A stretch of 63,847 bases of DNA, the filler included, from Octopus bimaculoides (taxonomy: Eukaryota): NCBI RefSeq assembly GCF_001194135.2. It is 8 parts of 5 records of this genome, joined end to end, with 100 filler letters (N's around TTAATTAATTAA, not from the genome) between each part and the next. Parts side by side here need not be neighbours in the genome. Positions count along the whole stretch, not along the records: positions 1 to 5,115 come from NC_068990.1; positions 5,216 to 19,325 come from NC_068986.1; 6 more parts are not named here. The stretch is one strand, 5' to 3'. Positions 1 to 10,590 of this stretch are shown piece by piece. Under the pieces are notes generated by a model. The model was not told the DNA's origin, did not search any database, and worked only from the letters and a program-made list of their open reading frames with translations. The first letter of the stretch is position 1. Each line of letters starts with the position of its first letter. A program made the translations under genes and the position numbers.

Positions 1-620
1 TTTCTTCCTTTGCTATCTTTCTTTTTTTCCATTTCTTTCTTTCTTTCTTTCTTTATTCTCTTTCTTTCTTCTTTTCCTTTTTTATGACAACTGCATTCTC
101 CCCGCCACCCCCTTTCCCATATTTAACGTTATTATAGATACGTTACTCTTTACCCTCCGCTCCATAGCTTAAGATACAATTTTCATTACCAGTGCATAGG
201 TTTTCCACGCGCAAGCTTATATGCGTGTGTGCGTATATGTGTGTAGATTTGTACTTATGTATATATCTGTGCCTTGTAAATATAGGCCTATATACGTAGA
301 TTGTCTGTGCGTATGCAGCTGTGTATTTCGATGTATATATTTATATAGATATATATATATGTTGTGGATATCCTTGTATACATACACGCTATTGTAATTT
401 TATTTTATTTTGAATGCAGCGTATATTTTATTTTATTGATTTGATTTTAATGCGTTAATTCGAATATAATTAATTATTTACAATATGTATTTGAGCCCAT
501 TTTTTCTATTTAAGGTTTTCTTGGANNNNNNNNNNTTTGAAACAACCAATCAAACGAATCCATGTGTTTTAAATTTTATATTACTTTCGATTGCATTGTT
601 ATCCTTTCTCCATTTCTAAC

Positions 621-666
621 AAAACTGTCCGATGAACGGGAACGTGAAACTCAGAGTAACGGTTTT
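621..666 (+). ncRNA. Minimal type I hammerhead ribozyme motif (likely PLE pseudo-LTR remnant)
   Basis: Stem I AAAACTGT(621-628)/ACGGTTTT(659-666). Core CCGATGA (629-635, U4C variant). Stem II ACG-GGAA-CGT. GAAAC at 646-650. Stem III ACT-CAG-AGT. Predicted cleavage after GUA (658). Followed by AATAAA and (TA)n. Confidence 0.75.
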
Positions 667-698
667 TTTTGTTATATTTCTGCTGCTTTTAAATAAAG

Positions 699-753
699 TA
701 TATATATATATATATATATATACATATATGTATACACACAAAGTTATGCTCAC

Positions 754-786
<33 letters not shown>

Positions 787-803
787 CATAAATATACATA
801 TAT
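699..803. repeat. (TA)n/(TACA) microsatellite
   Basis: Direct reading. Confidence 0.95.
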
Positions 804-806
804 GTA

Positions 807-985
807 GGCGTTAATTTGTGGTAAGAAGCTTGCATCTCAACCACATGGTTCCGGATTCAGACCCACTGCGTGACAGCTTGGGCAAGTGTTTGGTACTATA
901 GCCTCGGGCCGACCAAAGACCTCTGAGTAGATTTGGTAGACAGGGACTGAAAAAAGCCCGTCGTGTATTTGTTTGTTTGTGTGTG
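807..985 (+). mobile_element. tRNA-derived SINE, family A (octopus OK-like; family name unverified)
   Basis: GGTAAGAAGCTTGC...CAACCACATGGTTCCGGATTCAG (A/B-box-like head), then GGGCAAGTG...TATAGCCTCGGGCCGACCAAAG. Homologous copies at 10237, 29110, 32705, 49180. Confidence 0.85.
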
Positions 986-1164
986 GAGTGAGCTTGATAG
1001 GTAGGTGGATAACTTCGGCACAGTAATAGACTAGCAGTTGTTTGAACTCAATATACTTATGATTTTGAGTAAACATTGATGTAAATACACAGGGCAATAT
1101 CATACAATGAATGACCAAAGAACAGGATTTACATAATCACTTTCTTTAGCTTACAACTACACAC

Positions 1165-1468
1165 ACCGACACATACTTACATACATACATACATACATAC
1201 ATGCATGCATGAATGCATGCATCCATCCACCCACCCATCCATCCATCCATACATCCATACATACATAGATGCATACATGCATACATGCATACATACATAC
1301 ATACATACATACATATGTATGTATCTGTGCATATGAGCGTGTGTATTAGATTCATAACAATTTTCGTTAATTTCCTTGACAAAGAAATTGAGAAATTCCT
1401 TGTGTGAGGAATCTTTTTGTTCTTTTAGTGATATGAAATATCTGCCTGTCTGTCTGTTTGTCTCTCTG

Positions 1469-1517
<49 letters not shown>
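1165..1517. repeat. (ATAC)n/(ATCC)n and (ATCT)n microsatellites
   Basis: Direct reading. Confidence 0.9.
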
Positions 1518-1519
<2 letters not shown>

Positions 1520-1786
1520 GTGCATTTGTCAGTCGGTCTATTTGTTTATCTGTATGTGTGCATGTGTATGTGTCTTCATTTGTGCGTTCGTGTGTGGGAG
1601 GGGATATATAAGTAAGAACTATTAGATTCACAATTACATATTCTATATCCAAACTTTACGCAGTTGTAAACTTTGTTTTACTAAATTTATATATTTTTCA
1701 AAGCAACCAAGATTTAGAGAACACAGTTCATTCAAGGAAGGCAACACTCTTTGACAAGGAATTGCGAGAAACACTAAAAGTTATAC

Positions 1787-1991
1787 TCTAGGCACAAGGC
1801 CCGAAATTTTGGGGGAGGGTGCCAGTCGATTAGATCGACCCCAGTTATCAACAGGTACCAAATTTATCGACCCCTAAAGGATGAAAGGAAAAGTCGATTT
1901 CGGCGGAATTTGAACTCAGAACGTAAAGACCGAAATACCGCTAAGCATTTCGCCTGACGTGCTAACGTTTCAACCAGCTTGCCGCCGAAAA
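1787..1991 (-). mobile_element. tRNA-derived SINE, family B, with 14-bp TSD
   Basis: Reverse strand reads GGCGGCAAGCTGGTTGAAACGTTAGCACG...GTTCTGAGTTCAAATTCCGCCG...TTTCATCCTTTAGGGGTCGATAAA. ACTAAAAGTTATAC occurs at 1773-1786 and 1992-2005. Confidence 0.9.
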
Positions 1992-2384
1992 ACTAAAAGT
2001 TATACCCATAATAAGGCAGTCAGTATTGGACGGGCGATGCTTTCGGACGGAGCCCTAGCTTCGTAGTCCTTACTTCATATAAAAGACACCAGATTCAAAA
2101 CTGTATCGGAAAAATGGACTGCGATATTGGCTTAACATATCTGGAGAGGATATGTTTCTATAATCCGATCGAAAGAGACAAAATAAGATGATCTAGATTG
2201 TTGTCTTCTTTATTACTGATCATAATTACAAATGATTATTCAAATCTTTAGAGCAAGCAGTTCCGTTTTTTTACGTCACAGCAGCATCATTAAATAAATA
2301 TATAGAAATTATTTATATAGTTGTAAATATGTATCAATATGGATTTTGTGTGAGTACTTTTAATGTTATACATAGAATAAAAGC

Positions 2385-2560
2385 AGCGAGTCTGTAGAAT
2401 CGGTTGCACGCTGTGAAAAATGCTTAGCGGCATTTCGTCTGTCTTTGCTTCCTGAGTTCAAATTCCGCCCATGTCCATTTTGCTTTTTATCCTTTCGGAC
2501 TCGATCAAATAAGTAGCATTTGAAGGACTGGAGTCGATGTAACCAAATAAATCCATCCGT
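2385..2560 (+). mobile_element. SINE family B, degenerate
   Basis: GCAGCGAGTC...GAAAAATGCTTAGCGGCATTTCGTC...GAGTTCAAATTCCGCC matches other copies. Confidence 0.8.
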
Positions 2561-3534
2561 CCCAATTCCTGGATTAGTGCTCAAATTTGAAAACAATATT
2601 ATATATGGACTGAAACGTGAACGCTTTCCCTCCGTTATTTGTCTCTACACGCATTCGTATATAAACCTGTGTGTGTGTGTATGTGTGAGTGTTGAGGATA
2701 CACGTAACTTGAATGACAGCCATGTTGTCTTTATATAATTTTGTTTTCGATTTCAATCACTTCGTAGTTTTTCTTTTAGAGCTAAACTCACTAACATGTA
2801 TTGAAGTAATATTTTTTAGGTATCCCATTTTCAGAGTGTTTTATTTTTATCTATTTGGATAGCGTACACGTAAAAATGGATTACATGGAACAAAAATGTT
2901 ATGGAAGAAATCGCAAACTAAAGGAGAGAAACAGAGTCAGGTTTAGTTTAGAACAAGGTAAATGAGAATTCCATCCATTAATAGGACCCTGACACCTCGT
3001 TGATGAATAAAATTTGTGAAGATAATTTTGGACTCCTTTTTGTTTTCTATTTATTTTCGTGACAGGAGCTTCAACATTAGTAAAGAATCTTTACCAACTG
3101 TTTTACTGTAATATAACCAGAGCATCTAAATAATTATATATTCGTTAAAGGTCAATATACACAAAAAATAGTGTCTCAGGTTTTACTGGAGCGCAGAGAA
3201 AGTAACAGGAAAATATACATCAACTCACATACGATTGTCATAAAATACAATTCATAGAGTTACGGTGGATATTTGGTAAATTTAGGTTATTACACCTGCA
3301 CGATTTCCAGTACGAAAAAAAAAACCTACTCGTTTTTTTTGCGTCGAATCAAGTACTCTGACCTCGTCATGTGTCGCAAACTCCTTGTGTTTGTTCCGAA
3401 AAAAGGATGGGGGTGAAATCGAATTCACCCACCCACCGAGAATTTGCTCTAATATAGCCAGAGCATCTAAATAACTATATATTCATTAAAGATCAATATA
3501 CACAAAAAATAATCTCTAAGGTTTTGCTGGAGCG

Positions 3535-3880
3535 CACAAGGCACGAAATATTTGGGCGGAGAGGACCAGTCAATTAGATCGACCCCAGTACGCAAATGGT
3601 AGTTATTTAATCGACACTAAAAGGATGAAATGCAAGTCGACCTCGGCGGAATTTGAACGCAGAAAGTAAAGACAGCTAAGCATTTCCGCCCGGCGTCCTA
3701 CCGATTCTACCAGCTCACCGTCCTAATTTAATTAGAATATGTTTATTTCTTTATTGCTCACAGGGAGCTAAACATAGAGGGGACAAACATCGACAAAAGG
3801 ATTAAGTCGATTACATCGACTCGAGTGTGTAACAGCTACTTATTTAATCGACCCCCAAAGAATGAAATGCAAAGTCGACT
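3535..3880 (-). mobile_element. Two adjacent SINE family B copies or fragments
   Basis: Same core (GACCCC...AAAGGATGAAA...AAGTCGAC) twice, with two different tail modules. Confidence 0.75.
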
Positions 3881-4675
3881 AGATGGGATTAGTCGCTGCT
3901 TTTCGAGCCCCCTTTCGCAAGGCTAGCTTAGGCTTAGGTTAAGGATTAGTTGTGATCCGAACATAACTTCTTCTGATCGAGAGGATCCGGAGCCCTTTTG
4001 GGCGTTCTATTTTCCTTGCCGGAAAGGCTCCCAAACCATGGGCCAAGGGGAGTTAGATGATGTTGGGGTTCGAAAGGACCGGCACGTGCAACCTGATCCT
4101 TTCTGCCGGTCAAACTCTCATTCCATGGGTTCCTACCACGACCCTGATTCTGCAGAACTGGGTTAGATGAGAAAACCAACTTTAAAGTATAAATATAGAT
4201 TTTTTCAAGCAGCAATGTTGTTCATTTAAGTCCTATTTGGAGTGAAAAATCAATAAACTGATTCCTTATGGGGTTTTCCATTCAATCCGGATAACAAATC
4301 GATAAACCGTTTCCTTATAGGATGTCCCACTAAAATTGACTACACCTCATTTTCAACCATAACTTTTACCAATTTTGACGAATCTTGTTCAAACTTGATG
4401 CCGGCCGTTACTTAGGACTCATGGGATCTTTGAATGCTTTAAGTTCTTTAAAAAAAAATACAAAACAATCGATGAGTATAAAAATCGATAAGCCGCTTCC
4501 TTATGGGATTTCCCAATCGAATTGTCTGCAATCAATTTCCAGCCAAGCGTTTACCAATTTCAACGTATTTCGCTCAAATTTGACATCGGTGTTACTTAGT
4601 TTGGTTTGAAGCAAAGCGCCTGATTAGCTTAATAATCCTAACTTTATCCCAGGAAACGCCGGACTATACTGCTAG
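3881..4675 (+). mobile_element. Non-autonomous Helitron-like element (3' end supported, 5' boundary uncertain)
   Basis: Ends with a degenerate hairpin CC(A)GG-AAACG-CCGG (4649-4662), then CTAG (4672-4675) followed by T. A ~34-bp motif AAATCRATAARCYG..TTCCTTAT.GG.T.TCCCA occurs at 4246, 4297 and 4481. Confidence 0.5.
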
Positions 4676-4702
4676 TATATAATAAAATGAATATATACAG
4701 AG

Positions 4703-4704
<2 letters not shown>

Positions 4705-4761
<57 letters not shown>
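4705..4761. repeat. (TAA)n microsatellite
   Basis: About 19 TAA units. Confidence 0.95.
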
Positions 4762-4764
<3 letters not shown>

Positions 4765-5115
4765 CAGTCAGCCACCTTCTATATATGGATGACCTAAAAT
4801 TATATGCAAAAAACGACAAAGAGCTAGAAACACTACTACAGACAGTACACGGCTTTACCAAGGAAATAGAAATGAAATTCGGATTAGAAAAATGTGCCAA
4901 AGCAACCCTGCAAAGAGGAAAATTAGTTAAAAGTAGCAATATAACACTAGATAAAGCCAATGAAATAAGAGAACTAGACGAAAGTCAACCATATAAGTAT
5001 TTAGGAGTCAATGAACTAGATAGGATACAACATACACAAATGAAAGAAAAAATAAAGAAAGTGTACTATAGACGAGTTAGATCAATACTAAAAACAGAGC
5101 TCAATGCTAAAAACA
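4762..5115 (+). mobile_element. 5'-truncated non-LTR retrotransposon RT fragment, R4/Dong-like
   Basis: Open frame KTVSHLLYMDDLKLYAK...MKFGLEKCAK...YKYLGV...KVYYRRVRSILKTELNAKN (YMDD catalytic motif). Runs into a gap. Confidence 0.8.
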
Positions 5116-5159
5116 NNNNNNNNNNNNNNNNNNNNNNNNNNNNNNNNNNNNNNNNNNNN

Positions 5160-5171
5160 TTAATTAATTAA
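5160..5171. other. Assembly gap placeholder TTAATTAATTAA (also 19370, 25849, 30966, 49346, 56289, 62679)
   Basis: Identical 12-mer always flanked by about 44 Ns on each side; it has stops in all six frames. Confidence 0.9.
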
Positions 5172-7299
5172 NNNNNNNNNNNNNNNNNNNNNNNNNNNNN
5201 NNNNNNNNNNNNNNNATATACACACTCATATGCACACACATTGATATAGTTCTTCGCGCCAAGGGAGTGTATTATTTTGTAGATAAAAATAATGTTTGTA
5301 AGGATTTGTCCTACTTTGCATTGCGAATTTGCGAATTGAGACAGGCTCGAATTTTTATCTGGCCGGGAATTTATTATAGACGTTTCTACACACGACATTA
5401 ATCATACTGCTATTGAATGCACTTAGCTTCGTATCTTTATGAACGCTTCTCTCTAGTTCACACTACTACGTTATCTTATTCTTTTCATACCCCTGATACA
5501 CTTTTGAATATATGCAATATATATTTTTACCCGATTTTGAATAGAAGCATGAACCTCTTTTTACCGTAAATATGTCGTTAATACATATAACTAGCTTTGC
5601 TGCTTAAATTCGATATAGATATAGTGAAGTAAGAACAAAATTATTTATTAAAGAAATATAATTATAGAACACTCTAGTTACGGTTTACCGCAATGGGCAC
5701 TATAAACTTTAAACATAACTTAGTGCTTTAGTATACAGTGTGTTTCCTTTTCTAAAACGCTATTTCCAGTGAAATATCTCCTCGTATCCTTTAATATTAA
5801 TTCAGTGAAGCCAGTATTCATACAGAATTTTTATGTCGCTCTAATTTATCACCAGAAAGCATTAACGGCTATATGTTCCTGTTCGTTCTTCTTTATCTCT
5901 CTCGCTTTCCTTTGAAAACAAAGTCAATCATTTCACGAAACACAAACGTGTTCGTCACGTGAAATGATTTTGTATTTAGAATACTAACTAAATCATAGAT
6001 GGAAATTCGTTTGGCCTTTTTCTTAGTGTTGAATGTCTTCAGTTTCAGCTCTGCGTGAGGAGAATTGCAAATAACTCGGAATTTATTGCATCAACTGTAA
6101 AATCCACTTTCGTAGACATTGTTTAATTCAATGTCCATAGCACTGATGTATTGTCTTACGAGGTTTCAATCGCACAAAACAGGCACATTCTTACACATTG
6201 AAATTGCTACTGCGCTATGTATTGTAACAATATATAACTTTGAAAATAGACTGTATTCGAATAGATGAGCAAAATTATTTCTTCTTATTTATTGTTGAAT
6301 ATTCAGTTCTTTCATCCATCCATAGAAAGCAGTTTACACAACCGCCTACTAATAAAAAGTAGCAATAATTTTTTTTATGAATGCATTTATGTCACGGAAG
6401 TATCAATTAAATCTAAGCTATAATTCACCAATTAGCTTAAGGCAGTCTGTAAGTATTGTTGAGAAATTTCCCAGGGGCGCCAGCTGTACGAATTATAATA
6501 GCCAGCTTTGGACGATCATATTTAATGTAGTGGTGATAAAATTTCTTGAATTAATAATATTCATGCAATAAGGAGTAGATAACTATTGCAAATTAGGTTA
6601 GGACTAATATTATCTTAATTTGCTCTTGAAAATTACGAATGCCACTCTTTGACAGATTTTAGAAAAACAATTGATCGAAGTAACAATTGACTGAAAAACA
6701 ATTATTTCAATGTAAGGAGTAACTGAAAAGATAATTATTCAAAATAACGACTAATCGGTAAAAAAAAAAAAAACGATCAGCAGCAACAGTCCAAGAGAAA
6801 ACTAAGTTATTGATTGAAGTTTCTGTCGAATGAAATGAAATCGAACGATTTTATTGCAAAATTTTCGAAAATATCTTTATATCGAAAATATTTTTATATC
6901 CTCAAAAAGAAAACTGCTTACATGAGCCAGTACAGAGTCTGTAGAATAGCTAGACAATGTTTATTTCGTCATATTCTCTTTTAGAGAACTGAGTATGTGT
7001 ATCCACCTTTAAATAATTGAACTAAAGAGGGCAAAACCTCTCATGTTGATTCGAGCAGAAAAACATATAAACATTGAAAATTATTTTCATGTATTCTATA
7101 GCAACATCAATGATTCTTTTATATGTTTAGTTGTTATCATTGATGGTCAGTCTATTCCATGGATGAACAAGCAGTAAAATGATCGCTAGATGGGAACGTT
7201 TCTTAAATCAGGGATCAACAGATTTATTGGGGTTGAGCAAGATTAAAAATTCTTCTGTTTTCTGTGCCAAAGCAAATAGAAAAGGAAACCATCACCGTA

Positions 7300-8400
7300 C
7301 AAGGCTATACAAAAGCTCCATTTTCATAAATCAATTTGATGTTTTTATTATAGAGGTAAATACCTACATAAACTTCCATACTCTACAAAACCATAAAACC
7401 ATAGAATTCTGTTTTTTCTTTTTCATTGGGGAAATTTTGTTAAATTGTGACCTGAATTTGTAATATCTGTAACCAAATCTGACTACGACTGGCGAGCAGG
7501 TAACATTGACCTATAAACTGTTACAGTGTACTTCCTTTTGAAAATTATGCTGAAAATTATGCACAAGCGAAATATATTTAAAAAGCGCAATCTTTAAAAG
7601 TCAAACAAATTATCTGTTTTGTTCTTGTCATTTAAAAGGTTATTTGACTGCAGGTCAATGACTTTCAGGTGAAGATCTGACAGAAGTTTCTCGATAATGT
7701 AGTCAAATCGATTTGGAAAGATGATGAATGTTTTCGTGTTTTCATCGATATATGAAAGATGCTGCATGAACTGTAGCTTCAGATTAGCGAGAATTTGACT
7801 TGAACGAATTTAAAAGGAAACAGGGAATTTGCTTGCAGGTTGCATCTTTCGCAGCAGAAGAAAATGGTTGAAGTTATTTATTACAAGTTGGGAATGACAA
7901 AAAATGGTTAATTTATTTCGAAAAGCTTTCCTTTCGGAATTTATGTCGGTTGTAAGCTTCGAATTGCCTTGTGTTGTAAAATCGAATTCATCATGATGCT
8001 TCATTAATCAGTCGAGAGTAATAATTTTATCAACCATTCACTGTTTACAATTAACTACGGAGAACAACTTTTCTTACAAAAAAAGCTGTCTATGGGCATC
8101 AGAATTCCAACAAATTGTGAGATAACTTTAGCACTCCTAAGTCATCTTACAGCTGCGTGGAATGTCTAATTGCTATATTCAGCTTCTATTTCTTCCGAAA
8201 ATGTTCGAAATCGCCGATGTTTGAACGCATTCGATCAGATAGGTATAACTGTTACTACGAGTGGTATCAGACATAAAAGATCAAAATATTTTCCAAAATG
8301 TGGCTGCTGAGAAATTTGTAAGCGACACCGGTTTTTAGATTTTATATATATAACATTCTAATGCAAGTTGTGTAGATTTCTTCAACAACCCAAAGTTATA
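7300..8400 (-). pseudogene. hAT (Charlie/SPIN-like) transposase fossil, C-terminal part
   Basis: Minus-strand frames give AFKHRRFRTFSEEIEAEYSN*TFHAAVR*LRSAKV (cf. LNHRQF...HTEVRWLS), QGNSKLTTDINSERKAFRNKL...NFNHF and LHLKVIDLQSN. Many stops and frameshifts. Confidence 0.7.
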
Positions 8401-8434
8401 GGCGTAGGAGTGGCTGTGTGGTAAGTTGCTTGCT
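8401..8434 (+). mobile_element. 5' head of SINE family A, interrupted by an insertion
   Basis: GGCGTAGGAGTGGCTGTGTGGTAAGTTGCTTGCT matches the intact head at 49180; the SINE resumes at 10225-10237. Confidence 0.85.
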
Positions 8435-10224
8435 CACTCTTGACTTCCGGTCATGCGCGTTGGCGTTACTTCCTATCAACCCGAAGAACTGTGTGGACGT
8501 GCGTCGTTCGACGCCGTCCAAAAATTGAACTGTCAGAGTCGACCGAGGTAGGTGAAATTGTATTTTGAGCTGGGAGGGGTTTGTTGCAGTTTGTTTTTTT
8601 GCAGTAAATTCGCCCAGCTCAGTTTTGCCTGCTTTCGGCGACTTAAATTGTGTTTCTCGTTCGTCGTTGTTGGTGGGCGTACCGCCACAACGACGGACTG
8701 AAAATTTTTTTAGAACTTTTGTTAAATTCTGTGTGGCGTTTTTTTTCGCCAGAATTTGAACATTTCTGTGAGCATGATATTTCTCGTGGATTTATCTCGT
8801 GGATATACCTTACGCCAAAAAGAGAACTCTTGACTGCTGTATTACCTGTTGAAGAGAACTTTTTGCAGAACCTAGGATTCCCTGTCTGAACATTATTTGT
8901 TTCTCTTTTCCTTTCTTTTTTTCTTTTCTTCTAATTTTGGTTCTTCTTTCTTTCTCTTTGGAATTTATTTTTTCTTCTCTTTCATTCTGTTTTTCTAACG
9001 TACATTTTTTGGACTATTGTGTTGGAATATTGTATTGAACTTTTCGGACATGGCAAACATTGAAAAGAAGGACTCTGTCTTGGAGTGGGAGATTGTCCCA
9101 CCCAAAAAGTGGTTAAAGGACTTTAGGGAAAGAACGGTGAACCTACAGCTGATTGTGTTGGGTCAAAAGCGGTGTTGACCTTGTGGACCCAATCAGCCAG
9201 GGATGTGGTATTCCCTGATTTTTTGAAGATGGCTGGGCATAGATATCCGGTGATTTTTGAGGGAAGTAAACCCAAGTGTCACCGGTGTCTGAAGCCCGTC
9301 CACATCAAGAAAGACTGTCCCCAGGACCAGAGTAAGGTCCTGGAACAGTTAATAAATGTTGTTTCCCCCCGCTCCCCCAGTGGAGGGAGAGACATAGGAA
9401 GTCAAGGAGGTGGAAACCTCCTCGAAAAAAGGAAAAAAGGAAGGAGGTGGGCAGCAAAGTTTGGCCACCGAAAATCGTGGGGGAGGAGGAGGACCTTCCG
9501 GCAAAGGCGGAAGTGCACCCTACACCAGTGGCCCCAAAGAAAAAGAAAAAAAAGAACGAGGCACGGCCGGCGCTCGATAGTGCACCGCCGGCGTGTCCCG
9601 ACACTCCGTTGGTGGGAATTGTGCCACCAACGGAGGAAAGTATGTCGGCGGGAATTGTGCCGCCGACAGTAGAAGCTGTGGGCTCACCCTCTGAGGAAAA
9701 TGACTGGCTAATCCTATTCCGAAAGGGAGGTGCCCTGCAGAAATTTGTGAAGTAAAGGAAGCGTCGGAGGGAGGGAGTCCTCACCTGTACTAAGGATCTG
9801 GACTGGCCTCCGCAGGTGACTGCGGAGGTCATGTCGGGTAGTCACATAAGTACGATGGTGAATTCTTTCCCCATCGACGAATTCAGTATTGCAAAGTGGC
9901 CCGACCCAGACCCATCGTGGTGCTTGAGAGAAGCGATGAATATATCGGGCGAAAAAACGTAAGAGGACGAGTACCCATATTGTGTAATGAAAAATTGTAA
10001 GAGGCAAATGCCTTAATTCATGACTTTTTTATGTATGAGATCCATAGCCTCAATGTGAAAATTTAATTTTAAAAGAACAGTGTTATAGAGAAGCAAAGTT
10101 CGGCGGGCGGCTTTTGCCTTCTCCCATTATACCATCATATTTATCATCCATTTCATCTCATTAATGTGTTCGTCTAGCCCGCAGCTACTCTGTATACTGC
10201 CTTTATCGCAAATCAAATGAAATA
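8435..10224 (+). mobile_element. ORF1-only L1/Tx1-like non-LTR element (gag-like zinc knuckle), 12-bp TSD
   Basis: TSD AAGTTGCTTGCT (8423-8434) and AAGTAGCTTGCT (10225-10236). Frameshifted ORF1 from ATG 9050 with VIFEGSKPK-CHRCLKPVHIKKDC (CX2CX4HX4C) and a Pro/Lys-rich tail. A-rich end with AATAAA. No EN/RT seen. Confidence 0.75.
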
Positions 10225-10590
10225 AAGTAGCTTGCTTAAGAACCACATGGTTCTGGGTTCAGTCCCACTGCGTGGCACCTTAGGCAAGTGTCTTCTACTA
10301 TAGCCTCGGGTCGACTAAAACCTCGTGAGCGGATTTGGTTGACGGAAACTGAAAGAATCCCGTCGTATATGTGTATATGCTTGTGTCTGTGTTTGTCCCC
10401 CCACATCGCTTGACAACCGATGCTGGTGTGTTTACGTCCCCGTAACTTAGCGGTTCGGCAAAAGAGACCGATAGAATAAGTACTAGGCTTACAAAGAATA
10501 ACTCCTGGGGTCGATTAGCTCGACTAAAAAGGTGGTGCTCCTGCAAGGCCACAGTAAAATGACTCAGACAAGTAAAAGAGTAAAAGAGTA
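10225..10590 (+). mobile_element. Remainder of SINE family A with extended composite tail
   Basis: AACCACATGGTTCTGGGTTCAGTCCCACTGCGTGGCACC...GATAGAATAAGTAC...CTGGGGTCGAT...(GTAAAAGA)n. Confidence 0.85.

Noticed and set aside
2025-2075. Minus-strand GGACTACGAAG...CGAAAGCATCGCCCGTCC hammerhead-like string
   Set aside because: Needs two core deletions and a U16.1 substitution; not distinguishable from chance.
3925-3950. TTAGGC/TTAGG units as an interstitial telomere
   Set aside because: Only 2-3 imperfect units and not TTAGGG arrays.
4246-4515. Three ~34-bp repeats as a CRISPR array
   Set aside because: Irregular spacing, diverged repeats, eukaryotic repeat context and no cas genes.
5160-5171. 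Recurrent palindromic TTAATTAATTAA (7 copies) as a biological motif
   Set aside because: Always centred in about 100-nt N gaps; it is a scaffolding placeholder.
9833-9918. HDV-like ribozyme interpretation of the pseudoknot
   Set aside because: P3/L3, P1.1 and J4/2 lengths and motifs do not fit on either strand.
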